From NCBI GenBank assembly GCA_003566635.1, contig PXCK01000085.1:1241-65240 (forward strand): a DNA stretch of 64,000 nt, given 5' to 3'. The position numbers and the translations under genes were made by a program. Below the pieces are notes generated by a model. It was not told the DNA's origin. It did not search any database and was given only the letters and a program-made list of their open reading frames with translations. The stretch is from Balneolia bacterium. GTDB lineage: Bacteria; Bacteroidota; Rhodothermia; Balneolales; Cyclonatronaceae. Positions 39,978-49,361 of the stretch are shown in pieces (within the stretch, counting starts at the first letter, position 1; the number at the start of each line of letters is the position of its first letter).

Positions 39978-40229
39978 TTAACGTAAGTTTTCAGATACGA
40001 ATGGTAACAATGCAAGATGGCGCGCTCTTTTGATAGCACGAGAAAGTTGGCGTTGAAATTTTGCACTTGTTCCGGTTACGCGGCGAGGCAGAATTTTACC
40101 TTGATCATTCACGAATCTAAGTAAGGTTTTTTCATCTTTGTAATCGATATATTCTACACCAGCTTTAGTAAATCTACACTCTTTAGTGCGCAGATTGCCT
40201 TTTTTAGGATGTTGTGGATTCTTTAACAT
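39978..40229 (-). CDS. rpsR: 30S ribosomal protein S18
   Basis: Motifs [15 protein letters not shown] and [12 protein letters not shown]. Confidence 0.95.
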   Translation of the reverse strand: MLKNPQHPKKGNLRTKECRFTKAGVEYIDYKDEKTLLRFVNDQGKILPRRVTGTSAKFQRQLSRAIKRARHLALLPFVSENLR

Positions 40230-40264
40230 ATTGACAGAAAATTAAAAATTTGAGTTTAGACGAA

Positions 40265-40648
40265 TTAGTCTTCTGATTCGGTTTCGGCTTCTTCAACAAC
40301 CGGGAAAATATCAGGAAGTGTACCTTTTTTCCTTAGTTCGCGATGGCGAAGCATTTTGTTGTCGTACTTAATAGTTAAGTATCTCATTACATTGTCATCA
40401 ATTTGAAGTAAACGTTCAAATTTAACAATTAAATCAGCCGGAGCGTGGAAATACATATTTACATAGTATCCACTTCTTTTTCCGTCAATAACGTAAGCAA
40501 GGCGCTTAATTCCCCACTCTTCAATTTCATCAATATCAGCACCGTTTTCTTTAATAAAATCGACATGCTTGTTAACGGTTGCCTTGATTTCCTCTTCATC
40601 TGTAACAGCGTTTACGATGAAGGTATGCTCATAAAAGTTTTTTTTCAT
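40265..40648 (-). CDS. rpsF: 30S ribosomal protein S6
   Basis: YEHTFIV...WGIKRLAY pattern with an acidic C-terminal tail. Lies in the gene order S6-S18-L9. Confidence 0.93.
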   Translation of the reverse strand: MKKNFYEHTFIVNAVTDEEEIKATVNKHVDFIKENGADIDEIEEWGIKRLAYVIDGKRSGYYVNMYFHAPADLIVKFERLLQIDDNVMRYLTIKYDNKMLRHRELRKKGTLPDIFPVVEEAETESED

Positions 40649-40667
40649 TGGTTACCTTTGGGTGTCT

Positions 40668-40699
40668 ATAAAAAAACAGCCGTTGGACTTTCCAACGGC
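40668..40699 (-). terminator. rho-independent terminator after nuoN (lies in the rpsF upstream region)
   Basis: Perfect 9-bp stem GCCGTTGGA/TCCAACGGC with a 3-nt loop. An A7 run on the plus strand gives a U-tract on the minus strand. Confidence 0.7.
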
Positions 40700-40746
40700 A
40701 GGCAGATTTATAATATAACTAAAATCTATATTAGTAACAACCTTAG

Positions 40747-42195
40747 CTATGGAACAATCGCAAGGCCGTTACCTGAAAAATATGATGCTATAAGCTCAGT
40801 AATTCCAGCCGGTAAAATCCCGAAATATAATGTAAGCACAGCTAATACAACAAGGCTAAATGAATATACTCTAAGTGGCTTCATGAGCTTTACAGGCTCT
40901 TTCGATTCTTTAAAGTATAAGTAAACCATTACCCTCAAATAAAAGTAAGCACTTGCAGCTGATGCAAGTACACCAATAATTACAAGATTTATTAATCCTG
41001 CTTCAACAGCAGCAGCAAACACAAGGTATTTACCGATAAACCCGGCAAGTGGTGGAATACCTGCAAGAGATAGTAGAAAAACGGATAATAAAATTCCCAT
41101 CAACGGCTGCTTATATCCCAAGCCTGCGTAACTTTCAATGTTGTTAAAGTGAACATCATGGTTTTTCTCGTAGTAAGCTACAACACCAAATGCCCCGATA
41201 TTCATCAATGAATATGCCAGTAAGTAATATAAAACAGCAGTGAAGCCTAAGTCTGTACCGGCTGCAAGTCCAACCAACAAATATCCTACGTGAGCAATAG
41301 AAGAGTATGCCAGCATTCTCTTAACGTTATCCTGAACCATAGCAACAGTATTACCGAGAACCATCGTCATGATGGCAATAATTGCCATGGTGCTTGTGAT
41401 TTGATCGGCGGCATACGGTAATGCTCTTTCAAGTATTAATACAAGCGCTACAATAGCAGCCGTTTTACTCGCAGTTGACATGTAGGCTGTAATGGTTGTA
41501 GGAGAGCCGGTATAAACATCGGGTGTCCACATGTGGAACGGTACAGCAGATATTTTAAAGAAAAATGCAACGAGTAACATAGAGACACCGCCCCAGTAAA
41601 TCATACTTCCATCGGTGTAAGCACCAATTTCAGATAGGTTGGTACTTCCGGTTGCGCCATACAATAGAGCAATACCATAAAGGAAAAAGCCGGTAGAAAA
41701 CGCTCCAAGAATAAAATATTTCAATGCTGATTCTACACCAAGTTGTTTATCACGAATGATACCGGCTAAAGCATATAACGAGATAGACATGGTTTCAAGC
41801 CCTATAAATACAGTTACTAAATCGTTTGCTGTTGCCAGAACGATCATACCGACAGTACAAAACATCAATAGCGGATATACCTGAGGGTAGTTATGCTTAA
41901 CACCAATTAAATAATCATGGGTTAAAATAACCGTAAAAAATGTACCAAAGACTACAATAAAGGTACCAAATGCCGCAGTAGACCCCGATGCAGCCATATC
42001 ACTGAATAATGTTCCTACCTCCTGATATAAAAGGTCGTAGGTAGCTATAACTAAAGCACCTGCCAAAAAGAACATTGTTGTTTGGTAAATAAGACGAGAC
42101 TTGGCTTTGTAGCCATCCATCATCATTACGACCAAACCACCTACGGCTACGATAGCTGCAGGCAAGTAATTTAATAGATCGTTTAAAATTTCCAT
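40747..42195 (-). CDS. nuoN: NADH-quinone oxidoreductase subunit N
   Basis: 482-aa polytopic antiporter-like subunit, the last gene of the nuo cluster. Contains the block KISAVPFHMWTPDVY. Confidence 0.9.
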   Translation of the reverse strand: MEILNDLLNYLPAAIVAVGGLVVMMMDGYKAKSRLIYQTTMFFLAGALVIATYDLLYQEVGTLFSDMAASGSTAAFGTFIVVFGTFFTVILTHDYLIGVKHNYPQVYPLLMFCTVGMIVLATANDLVTVFIGLETMSISLYALAGIIRDKQLGVESALKYFILGAFSTGFFLYGIALLYGATGSTNLSEIGAYTDGSMIYWGGVSMLLVAFFFKISAVPFHMWTPDVYTGSPTTITAYMSTASKTAAIVALVLILERALPYAADQITSTMAIIAIMTMVLGNTVAMVQDNVKRMLAYSSIAHVGYLLVGLAAGTDLGFTAVLYYLLAYSLMNIGAFGVVAYYEKNHDVHFNNIESYAGLGYKQPLMGILLSVFLLSLAGIPPLAGFIGKYLVFAAAVEAGLINLVIIGVLASAASAYFYLRVMVYLYFKESKEPVKLMKPLRVYSFSLVVLAVLTLYFGILPAGITELIASYFSGNGLAIVP

Positions 42196-42204
42196 TGAAT
42201 AACT

Positions 42205-42501
42205 TTACTTTTCAATTTTGTCAATTGCAGCGGCCAGGGCTGAATCTTTATCTGTAATTTTATTACCGGCATCATGCGTACTAAGTGTTAGCACAACTTT
42301 ATTGTAAACATTAAATATTTCGGGATGGTGTATATGAGCTTCAGCTTCAAAACCAACCTGTACAAGAAAAGCTAGTGCTTCTGTAAAGTTTTTAAACTGA
42401 AATTCTTTTTTAATTGAGTCCCCTTCTTTACTCCACCCCGGATGCTTAGATAAAAAATCATTTATTTGTTCTTGAGAAAGAATGTTACTCATTGTTATCA
42501 C
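42205..42501 (-). CDS. 4a-hydroxytetrahydrobiopterin (pterin-4a-carbinolamine) dehydratase family protein
   Basis: 98 aa with the PCD/DCoH pattern GW...F.F.NF..A..F...V...AE...HHPE...Y..V...L.THD. Confidence 0.85.
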   Translation of the reverse strand: MITMSNILSQEQINDFLSKHPGWSKEGDSIKKEFQFKNFTEALAFLVQVGFEAEAHIHHPEIFNVYNKVVLTLSTHDAGNKITDKDSALAAAIDKIEK

Positions 42502-44101
42502 CTTTTAGTTCTGCCAAGTTAATTTCTACTTTATACAATTTGTTAGCCCAAGACGGTAGCTCGGCCGGGTTTGTACTCATTAAAATTTCATTTTTCTTTT
42601 GAGCAGCTTCTTCAAGAAGAACGTTTACCTGATGCTCAGAAAATTGAGTAAAATGAGTTGGGCGAATTCCAATCCATACAATAAATATCATTACAGGAAC
42701 CAACAAACCAATTTCGCGAGCGTTCAAATCTTTAATATTTTTATTCTCTTCATGTTTGATTGGTCCAAACATAACTCTTTGAAACATCCAAAGCATATAA
42801 ACTGCAGCAAGGATAACTCCGGTTGTACCAAATATGGCAAACCAAATGTTATCTAAAGTTTCAGAAGTAAAAGCGCCCATCAAAATCAAAAATTCACCGA
42901 CAAAACCATTTAAGCCCGGTAAGCCTATGGAAGAAAATGTGGCTATCATAAAGAAAACAGCAAATACAGGAATTACTCCTGCTAAGCCTCCAAAATCTGA
43001 AATTTGTCTTGTATGTCTTCTGTCGTAAATCATACCAACAATAAGGAAAAGTGCTCCTGTAGAAAGTCCGTGATTAATCATTTGGATTATAGCTCCTTGT
43101 ACACCAATTGTATTCAAGGCAAATAAACCAAGTACCACAAACCCCAAGTGACTTACTGATGAATATGCTACCAATTTTTTCACGTCTTTCTGTACCATCG
43201 CAACTAATGCACCATAGATAATCCCTATTACGGCTAGCAAAGCTACATATGGTGCAAATTCTACCATAGCATTTGGAAACATGGGCAAGCAGAAGCGTAT
43301 GAGACCGTAAGTACCCATTTTGAGCATTACAGCTGCCAGTACAACAGAGCCGGCAGTAGGCGCTTCTGTGTGGGCATAGGGTAACCAAGTATGAAATGGG
43401 AAGAGTGGAACCTTTATAAAGAATGCCAAAGAAAAAGCGAGGAACAACCATGTTTGCTCAACTAAGCCAATTTGATATTCAGGTCCTGATAATACTCTCC
43501 AATCAGTAATAAATACACCATCATTTACGGCATTACCTGCATCAAAACCTACATAAACCAACGCAACGAGCATGATTAATGAACCAACAAGGGTATAGAT
43601 AAAAAACTTGATTGTAGCAGCAATTCTATCAGCTCCCCCCCATATACCAATAAGGAAATACATTGGTATGAGCGTTAACTCAAAAAATATGTAGAATAAA
43701 ATGAGATCTAATGAAGCAAATACTCCAAGTGACCCCGTTTGGAGTAACATCAACATGGCGAAAAATGCGCCAACGTGCTTTTTAACGGAAGTCCAGGCTG
43801 ATAATACAACGATTGGACCTAAGAATGTAGTAAGCATGAAGAGGAGTAGACTTAAGCCATCTAAACCGACAATGTAGTTTACATCCAAACCAAAAAGTAG
43901 AGGGCCAGACTCAGTTACATATTGTGCAATATGCGAATTTGCAGAATCGAAGTTAAAAATTAAGGGCAACGATACCGCAAACGTTAAAGAAGTTACAATA
44001 AGTGCAATCCACCGGATGGCATTATCATTCTTTACGAACATGAAAGCAACAAGTGCTAACAGTGGCAGATAAATTGTGATATTTAATAAAGTTTCCATCA
44101 A
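42485..44101 (-). CDS. nuoM: NADH-quinone oxidoreductase subunit M
   Basis: 538-aa antiporter-like subunit with FFIKVPLFPFHTWLPYAHTEAPTAGSV. Confidence 0.92.
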   Translation of the reverse strand: MMETLLNITIYLPLLALVAFMFVKNDNAIRWIALIVTSLTFAVSLPLIFNFDSANSHIAQYVTESGPLLFGLDVNYIVGLDGLSLLLFMLTTFLGPIVVLSAWTSVKKHVGAFFAMLMLLQTGSLGVFASLDLILFYIFFELTLIPMYFLIGIWGGADRIAATIKFFIYTLVGSLIMLVALVYVGFDAGNAVNDGVFITDWRVLSGPEYQIGLVEQTWLFLAFSLAFFIKVPLFPFHTWLPYAHTEAPTAGSVVLAAVMLKMGTYGLIRFCLPMFPNAMVEFAPYVALLAVIGIIYGALVAMVQKDVKKLVAYSSVSHLGFVVLGLFALNTIGVQGAIIQMINHGLSTGALFLIVGMIYDRRHTRQISDFGGLAGVIPVFAVFFMIATFSSIGLPGLNGFVGEFLILMGAFTSETLDNIWFAIFGTTGVILAAVYMLWMFQRVMFGPIKHEENKNIKDLNAREIGLLVPVMIFIVWIGIRPTHFTQFSEHQVNVLLEEAAQKKNEILMSTNPAELPSWANKLYKVEINLAELKGDNNE

Positions 44102-44111
44102 CAGTTATTGC

Positions 44112-46130
44112 TTAAAAAATGATTAAACTCAATACTAAGATTACACCAATGATAAATACTAGAGCATAGGTTTGTACAACCCCTGTTTGAACGAACCTAA
44201 GCAGGCTACCGAAGAATCTAACAGTACCGCCTACGGCATTAACAAAGCCGTCTACAATTTTCATATCAAAGACAGCTAAAACCCTGTCTGATAGTTTAAA
44301 TGTAGGCTGGATTATACTTGCATCGTAGATTTCATCTATCTTGTATTTATCAGACCATACCTGGTACAGACTACCAAATCTCTTCTCAAGAGCGGCATCA
44401 CTAGCTTCCCCTTTGTCATTATCATAATTCCTGTAAGCTAATACAGTAGCAAATACAGCAATCAAAATTGCAATAGCAACTAGAATCCATTTTGTTCCAT
44501 AAGAAAGTACAAGTGCAGAATCTGATGTTACACCATCTAGCCATGCGTGTAGCCAATTAATTTTGATATCAGAACTTGTAAATGTAGTTACAAAAAAGTC
44601 CGGCACTCCCATGAAACCACCAATAACAGCTAAGCCACCTAAAATCCATAGTGGGATAGTCATGGTTGATGGACTTTCGTGCAAGTATTTCTCTGAATCT
44701 TCTGCACCTTTTACTTTAGAAGGAAGCTTAAATGTACCATGGAATGTAGTAAGCGTTAAACGGAACATGTAATATGCGGTTAAGAATGCAGTTAAAACAG
44801 CCATACCCCATAGAGCAAAATAGATGTAACTGTATTCGCCCATTCCAGCATTAAATACAAAAGCTAAAATTTCGTCTTTAGAAAAGAAACCTGAGAAAAC
44901 CGGGATACCTGCAATTGCAAATGTTGATAGTAAAAATGTCCAGTAAGTTGAGGGCATGTATTTTTTCAAACCACCCATATAGCGCATATCCTGCGGATCA
45001 AAATGCACATCTTTACCTTCATGCTCTAATTCATGCTCAACATGGTGCATGGCATGAATTACTGAGCCGGAACCAAGGAATAAACAAGCTTTAAAAAATG
45101 CGTGTGTAACAACGTGAAACATAGCAGCAATAAAACCACCAGAACCAAGTGCCAGGAACATAAAACCAAGCTGAGATACAGTGGAATATGCCAATACCTT
45201 CTTTATATCATATTGTGTGATGGCAATGGTAGCTGCCACTATTGCCGTTAAACCACCAATAATTGCGACTATGAGCATTGCTTCCGGCGTTAACACATAC
45301 ATGGATGAAAAACGCGAAATAAGATAGATACCCGAAGTTACCATGGTTGCTGCGTGGATAAGTGCAGATACAGGTGTTGGGCCTGCCATAGCATCAGGAA
45401 GCCACACAAATAAAGGAATCTGGGCACTTTTACCGGTAGCTCCAATGAACATGAGTACAGCAACCCAAAAAGTAATTTCAGGAGTAAAAGCTGAAAGGTT
45501 ATTTAAAATAATGTCGAAGTCAAGACTGCCAACTGCTCTAAATACAAGGAACATGGCCACCAGGAAAGCGAAATCACCAACCCTGTTAAATACAAAAGCT
45601 TTTTTAGCTGCATCAGACTTGGCCATATCGCCATACCAATACCCAATGAGTAAATAAGAACACACACCAACACCTTCCCAGCCGAGAAACAATAGAATTA
45701 AATTGTTACCTAATACCAGGTTGAGCATGGCAAATATGAACAAATTAAGGTAAGCGAAGAACTTCCAGTACCCTTCGTCATCCTTCATATACCCCATTGA
45801 GTACAAGTGGATTAAAGCACCTACACCGGTAACAACCAACGCCATAATAATGGAGAGCTGATCAACCCGATACGCTACTTCTGAGCTAAAAGAACCAGCT
45901 TCAATCCAGGTAAAAAGTCGAGCTACGTAAGGTTCTGAGTCGGCACCCATGCCAAAAAAGATTTGGAGGGCAATTAAAAAAGGAATAAAAACACTAATAG
46001 TGGCAATAGTGCCAATAAGCGTTTTCTGTTTTCTATAAGCTTCCGAGCTTAGTCCACCAATACCATTAATTAAAAAGCCAATAAGTGGTATGAGAACAAT
46101 TAGCCAGACATATTCTGCCATTGGGTTCAT
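44112..46130 (-). CDS. nuoL: NADH-quinone oxidoreductase subunit L
   Basis: 672 aa with GKSAQIPLFVWLPDAMAGPTPVSALIHAATMV and a long C-terminal lateral-helix region. Confidence 0.93.
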   Translation of the reverse strand: MNPMAEYVWLIVLIPLIGFLINGIGGLSSEAYRKQKTLIGTIATISVFIPFLIALQIFFGMGADSEPYVARLFTWIEAGSFSSEVAYRVDQLSIIMALVVTGVGALIHLYSMGYMKDDEGYWKFFAYLNLFIFAMLNLVLGNNLILLFLGWEGVGVCSYLLIGYWYGDMAKSDAAKKAFVFNRVGDFAFLVAMFLVFRAVGSLDFDIILNNLSAFTPEITFWVAVLMFIGATGKSAQIPLFVWLPDAMAGPTPVSALIHAATMVTSGIYLISRFSSMYVLTPEAMLIVAIIGGLTAIVAATIAITQYDIKKVLAYSTVSQLGFMFLALGSGGFIAAMFHVVTHAFFKACLFLGSGSVIHAMHHVEHELEHEGKDVHFDPQDMRYMGGLKKYMPSTYWTFLLSTFAIAGIPVFSGFFSKDEILAFVFNAGMGEYSYIYFALWGMAVLTAFLTAYYMFRLTLTTFHGTFKLPSKVKGAEDSEKYLHESPSTMTIPLWILGGLAVIGGFMGVPDFFVTTFTSSDIKINWLHAWLDGVTSDSALVLSYGTKWILVAIAILIAVFATVLAYRNYDNDKGEASDAALEKRFGSLYQVWSDKYKIDEIYDASIIQPTFKLSDRVLAVFDMKIVDGFVNAVGGTVRFFGSLLRFVQTGVVQTYALVFIIGVILVLSLIIF

Positions 46131-46162
46131 GAATTACTCGTTAACAATAAAAGTTTCAAAGA

Positions 46163-46465
46163 TTACCAGCGTAAAAGGTTAATTTTATTGATGTCAGCGG
46201 TTATATTATTTCTAAAGATTGCAATAATTATTGCCAATCCTACACAAGCTTCGGCTGCAGCAACACATAAGACGAAGAACACGAGAATCATACCGTGAAC
46301 ATCTCCCATAAAACTACTAAAAGCCACTAGTGTAATATTAACAGCGCTTAACATTAGCTCTACGCACATAAAAATAATGATCGCATTACCGCGGGTTAAT
46401 ACGCCAATCACGCCTATTATAAATAGTACAGCGCTTACCCCCAAATACCATTCAATACCAATCAT
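46163..46465 (-). CDS. nuoK: NADH-quinone oxidoreductase subunit K
   Basis: 100 aa, 3 TM segments, with the conserved [10 protein letters not shown] and [11 protein letters not shown] blocks. Confidence 0.93.
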   Translation of the reverse strand: MIGIEWYLGVSAVLFIIGVIGVLTRGNAIIIFMCVELMLSAVNITLVAFSSFMGDVHGMILVFFVLCVAAAEACVGLAIIIAIFRNNITADINKINLLRW

Positions 46466-46980
46466 TCGTCGATAACATTAGAAGTTTTTTGTGCAAGCAG
46501 CATAGCCCCTACTACAGCTGCCGTTAAAAGGATTGCCGTTACTTCAAAAGGAAGTAGAAAAGTTGTAAACAATTCATCGCCAATAGCTTCTACGGTGCCA
46601 ACTGCTGCAATCGGTTCACCAGTAAGTTCCGGAAGAACACCAGCATAGTTACCTGTAATATAGAGTAACTGAGCAAGCACAACTAAAGCAAGCGTAAAAG
46701 AAATGAGCTGTTTGAAGTCGATTTTAGAGACTACTTTTTCGTCTTCATCCAGATTGAGTAACATTATCACAAACAGAAATAATACCATAATTGCGCCGGC
46801 ATATACCAGGATTTGAATTACAGCTAAGAACTGTGCATTCAAAAGTGTATAGAAACCTGCAACTGAGAGCATGTGTAATACCATAAATAGTGCGCTATTT
46901 ACAGTATTTTTGCTAATTACCATAGCCAAAGCAGTACCAATAGCCAAGGTAGAAATAAAAACAAAAAAGAATGTTTCCAT
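46462..46980 (-). CDS. nuoJ: NADH-quinone oxidoreductase subunit J
   Basis: 172 aa with the block [25 protein letters not shown]. Overlaps nuoK by 4 nt. Confidence 0.9.
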   Translation of the reverse strand: METFFFVFISTLAIGTALAMVISKNTVNSALFMVLHMLSVAGFYTLLNAQFLAVIQILVYAGAIMVLFLFVIMLLNLDEDEKVVSKIDFKQLISFTLALVVLAQLLYITGNYAGVLPELTGEPIAAVGTVEAIGDELFTTFLLPFEVTAILLTAAVVGAMLLAQKTSNVIDE

Positions 46981-47063
46981 GAGTGATTTTTGTCAGAAAT
47001 TTTTAGACCCCAAATGTACCCAAATTTCCGGCGTCCTTCAACAATTAATTGCCATAAAAGGAA

Positions 47064-47885
47064 TTAATTTAAACCGAAATATACCAGACCGAAGATACCT
47101 ACGGCCCAACAGTACCATGAAAAATAGTGAATACCTTTGGATTTGAATAAAATTATTAAGTATTTAAGCGCGTAATAACCAGATATTAATGCAGTAAAAA
47201 AGCCTATAATTAGGTATAGAATACTCCCATCCAAAGCAAGTGTATCTTTAACGCGAATAATGTCGACAAGTGTAGCACCTGCAATTACAGGCAACATCAT
47301 AATAAATGTAAAATCGGCTATATCCTTTCTTTTAATCCCCAAAAAAACCGCAACACTTATAGTTGCACCCGATCTACTTATACCGGGTAATAATGCAAAC
47401 GCCTGAGCCACACCCACAATAAAGGTATTTTTTAAAGTCAGGCTTTTAGTGCCCTGTCCAAAAAATTTAGTAAAATACAAAGCAGTACCGGTTACCATAA
47501 ACATAGCAGATATAAGTATAGGATCAGCAAAAACGGACTCAACCTGATCTCTAACAGTAAAACCTGCAATACCAACCGGAATCATACTCACCAAAACATA
47601 CACATTAAACCGTAATTCATAGTCGTTATCCCAATCTTTAAAAGAAGTAACCGGGTTTTTTATGACCCTAAAAACAGAAAGCACTAATTCTGTAAGTCTT
47701 TGTCTAAAGTAAATTATTACGCTAAACAAGGTCCCAAAGTGAACAATAATATCAAAAAAGATATCCGTATCTATATCCTGACCCAGTAGTGCAGCGGCAA
47801 TTCTAAGATGCCCTGAACTGCTTATTGGTAAAAATTCTGTAATACCCTGTACAAGACCAAGTATAAAAGATTCCAATAAATCCAT
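47064..47885 (-). CDS. uppP: undecaprenyl-diphosphate phosphatase
   Basis: BacA motifs QGITEFLPISSSGH and PGISRSGATI. Confidence 0.93.
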   Translation of the reverse strand: MDLLESFILGLVQGITEFLPISSSGHLRIAAALLGQDIDTDIFFDIIVHFGTLFSVIIYFRQRLTELVLSVFRVIKNPVTSFKDWDNDYELRFNVYVLVSMIPVGIAGFTVRDQVESVFADPILISAMFMVTGTALYFTKFFGQGTKSLTLKNTFIVGVAQAFALLPGISRSGATISVAVFLGIKRKDIADFTFIMMLPVIAGATLVDIIRVKDTLALDGSILYLIIGFFTALISGYYALKYLIILFKSKGIHYFSWYCWAVGIFGLVYFGLN

Positions 47886-47978
47886 TCAAATTACTTAACT
47901 TTTATGCGTGTTTTAGAATAGCGCTAATAATACCGATTTTTAGTTGAACATCCATTTTAATTATTCAAACAAAACAGA

Positions 47979-48980
47979 ATGAATACCTACAACACAGACA
48001 TTCAAAAACTGAATGAAGAAATTCAAGAGAGCGGAAAATTTGTAACGAATATCAGAGAAGAGCTTAGCAAAGTAATTGTAGGTCAGCAATACATGGTTGA
48101 TCGCTTACTTGTTGGTTTACTTACAGACGGTCATGTATTGCTTGAAGGAGTCCCGGGACTGGCCAAAACTCTTACCGTCTCCACCCTTGCTAAAGTAATA
48201 GATTGTAAGTTCCAACGAATTCAATTTACCCCCGACTTGCTACCGGCAGACTTGATGGGTACACTTATATTCAATCAAAAATTAGGAGACTTTACTATTA
48301 AGAAAGGTCCAATTTTTGCAAATGTTATTTTGGCGGATGAAATTAACCGTTCGCCCGCAAAGGTTCAAAGTGCCTTATTAGAGAGTATGCAGGAGAAACA
48401 AGTAACAATTGGAGATCAAACATTTAAGCTAGATAATCCATTTTTAGTACTGGCTACTCAAAACCCAGTTGAACAGGAAGGTACCTACCCTTTGCCGGAA
48501 GCACAGGTAGACCGTTTTATGCTAAAGTTAAAAGTCGGTTATCCCAGCGAACAAGAGGAACTTGAAATAATGCGAAGAATGGCTCGAACCGGTGAAAGAA
48601 AATCTGTAGATATTGTTACAAAACCGGAAGAGATATTGACTGCCAGAGATACTGTAAATAAAATTTACATGGATCCAAAAGTTGAAAAATATATAATTGA
48701 CTTAATTTTTGCTACACGGAATCCTGCAAAATATGGGCTTAGTGAACTTGAAACTCTCATAAGTTTTGGTGCATCACCGCGAGCGTCCATAAACTTAAAT
48801 CTTGCATCTCGTGCTCAGGCATATTTAGACAAACGAGGGTATGTAACTCCTGAAGACGTACGCAGTATTGTAATGGATGTACTACGTCATAGAATTATTT
48901 TAACTTATGAAGCAGAAGCAGAAGATTATACAACTGAAAATATTATTCAAAAAATATTAGATAGTGTACATGTTCCATAA
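47979..48980 (+). CDS. MoxR-family AAA+ ATPase
   Basis: Walker A GVPGLAKT, Walker B LADEINR, and the ATQNP...EGTYPLPEAQ.DRF pattern. Confidence 0.92.
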   Translation: MNTYNTDIQKLNEEIQESGKFVTNIREELSKVIVGQQYMVDRLLVGLLTDGHVLLEGVPGLAKTLTVSTLAKVIDCKFQRIQFTPDLLPADLMGTLIFNQKLGDFTIKKGPIFANVILADEINRSPAKVQSALLESMQEKQVTIGDQTFKLDNPFLVLATQNPVEQEGTYPLPEAQVDRFMLKLKVGYPSEQEELEIMRRMARTGERKSVDIVTKPEEILTARDTVNKIYMDPKVEKYIIDLIFATRNPAKYGLSELETLISFGASPRASINLNLASRAQAYLDKRGYVTPEDVRSIVMDVLRHRIILTYEAEAEDYTTENIIQKILDSVHVP

Positions 48981-49056
48981 CTAATTTTTTTTTATTATAT
49001 TTGATATAATTGTATTTGAAAAAAATTACTTTAACAAATTAACTGGACTGTATATT

Positions 49057-49308
49057 ATGAAAATTCGTGAAGTACCTCGTGCAGAGGTTAGGGTTACTAA
49101 GAAAAGCACATCGAAATTTAAGCCATTGCTTGAAGCTTTAGACAGATTAAAGCCGGGTGGAAACGCTATAGAGGTGTCTTATACAAATCAAAAAGAATTA
49201 AATTCTATGAGAAATGTTGTGTACACCATGAACCGTGAAACAGGAATTAAAATCAAAAGTGGTAAAGACTCTGTAAACGGTAAAATTTATTTTTACAGAG
49301 AAAAATAA
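49057..49308 (+). CDS. small basic hypothetical protein
   Basis: 83 aa, 76 nt after the MoxR gene on the same strand and followed by a strong terminator. No recognisable motif. Confidence 0.5.
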   Translation: MKIREVPRAEVRVTKKSTSKFKPLLEALDRLKPGGNAIEVSYTNQKELNSMRNVVYTMNRETGIKIKSGKDSVNGKIYFYREK

Positions 49309-49324
49309 ATTTCTGCATTGAAAA

Positions 49325-49361
49325 TAAAAAAAGGCGATTATTACTAATCGCCTTTTTTTTT
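49325..49361. terminator. bidirectional rho-independent terminator between the 83-aa gene and nadA
   Basis: Perfect 10-bp stem AAGGCGATTA/TAATCGCCTT with a 4-nt loop, flanked by an A-run upstream and a T9 run downstream. Confidence 0.8.

Noticed and set aside
40445-40924. 159-aa plus-strand ORF spanning rpsF, the intergenic region and the nuoN 3' end
   Set aside because: It is antisense to two well-supported genes and runs through a terminator hairpin. The translation is low-complexity (I/N/F/S-rich), as expected from AT-rich antisense sequence.
43074-43451. 125-aa same-strand alternative-frame ORF within nuoM
   Set aside because: It is fully embedded in the nuoM reading frame, which carries diagnostic complex I motifs. 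The alternative frame is Cys/Arg-rich nonsense.
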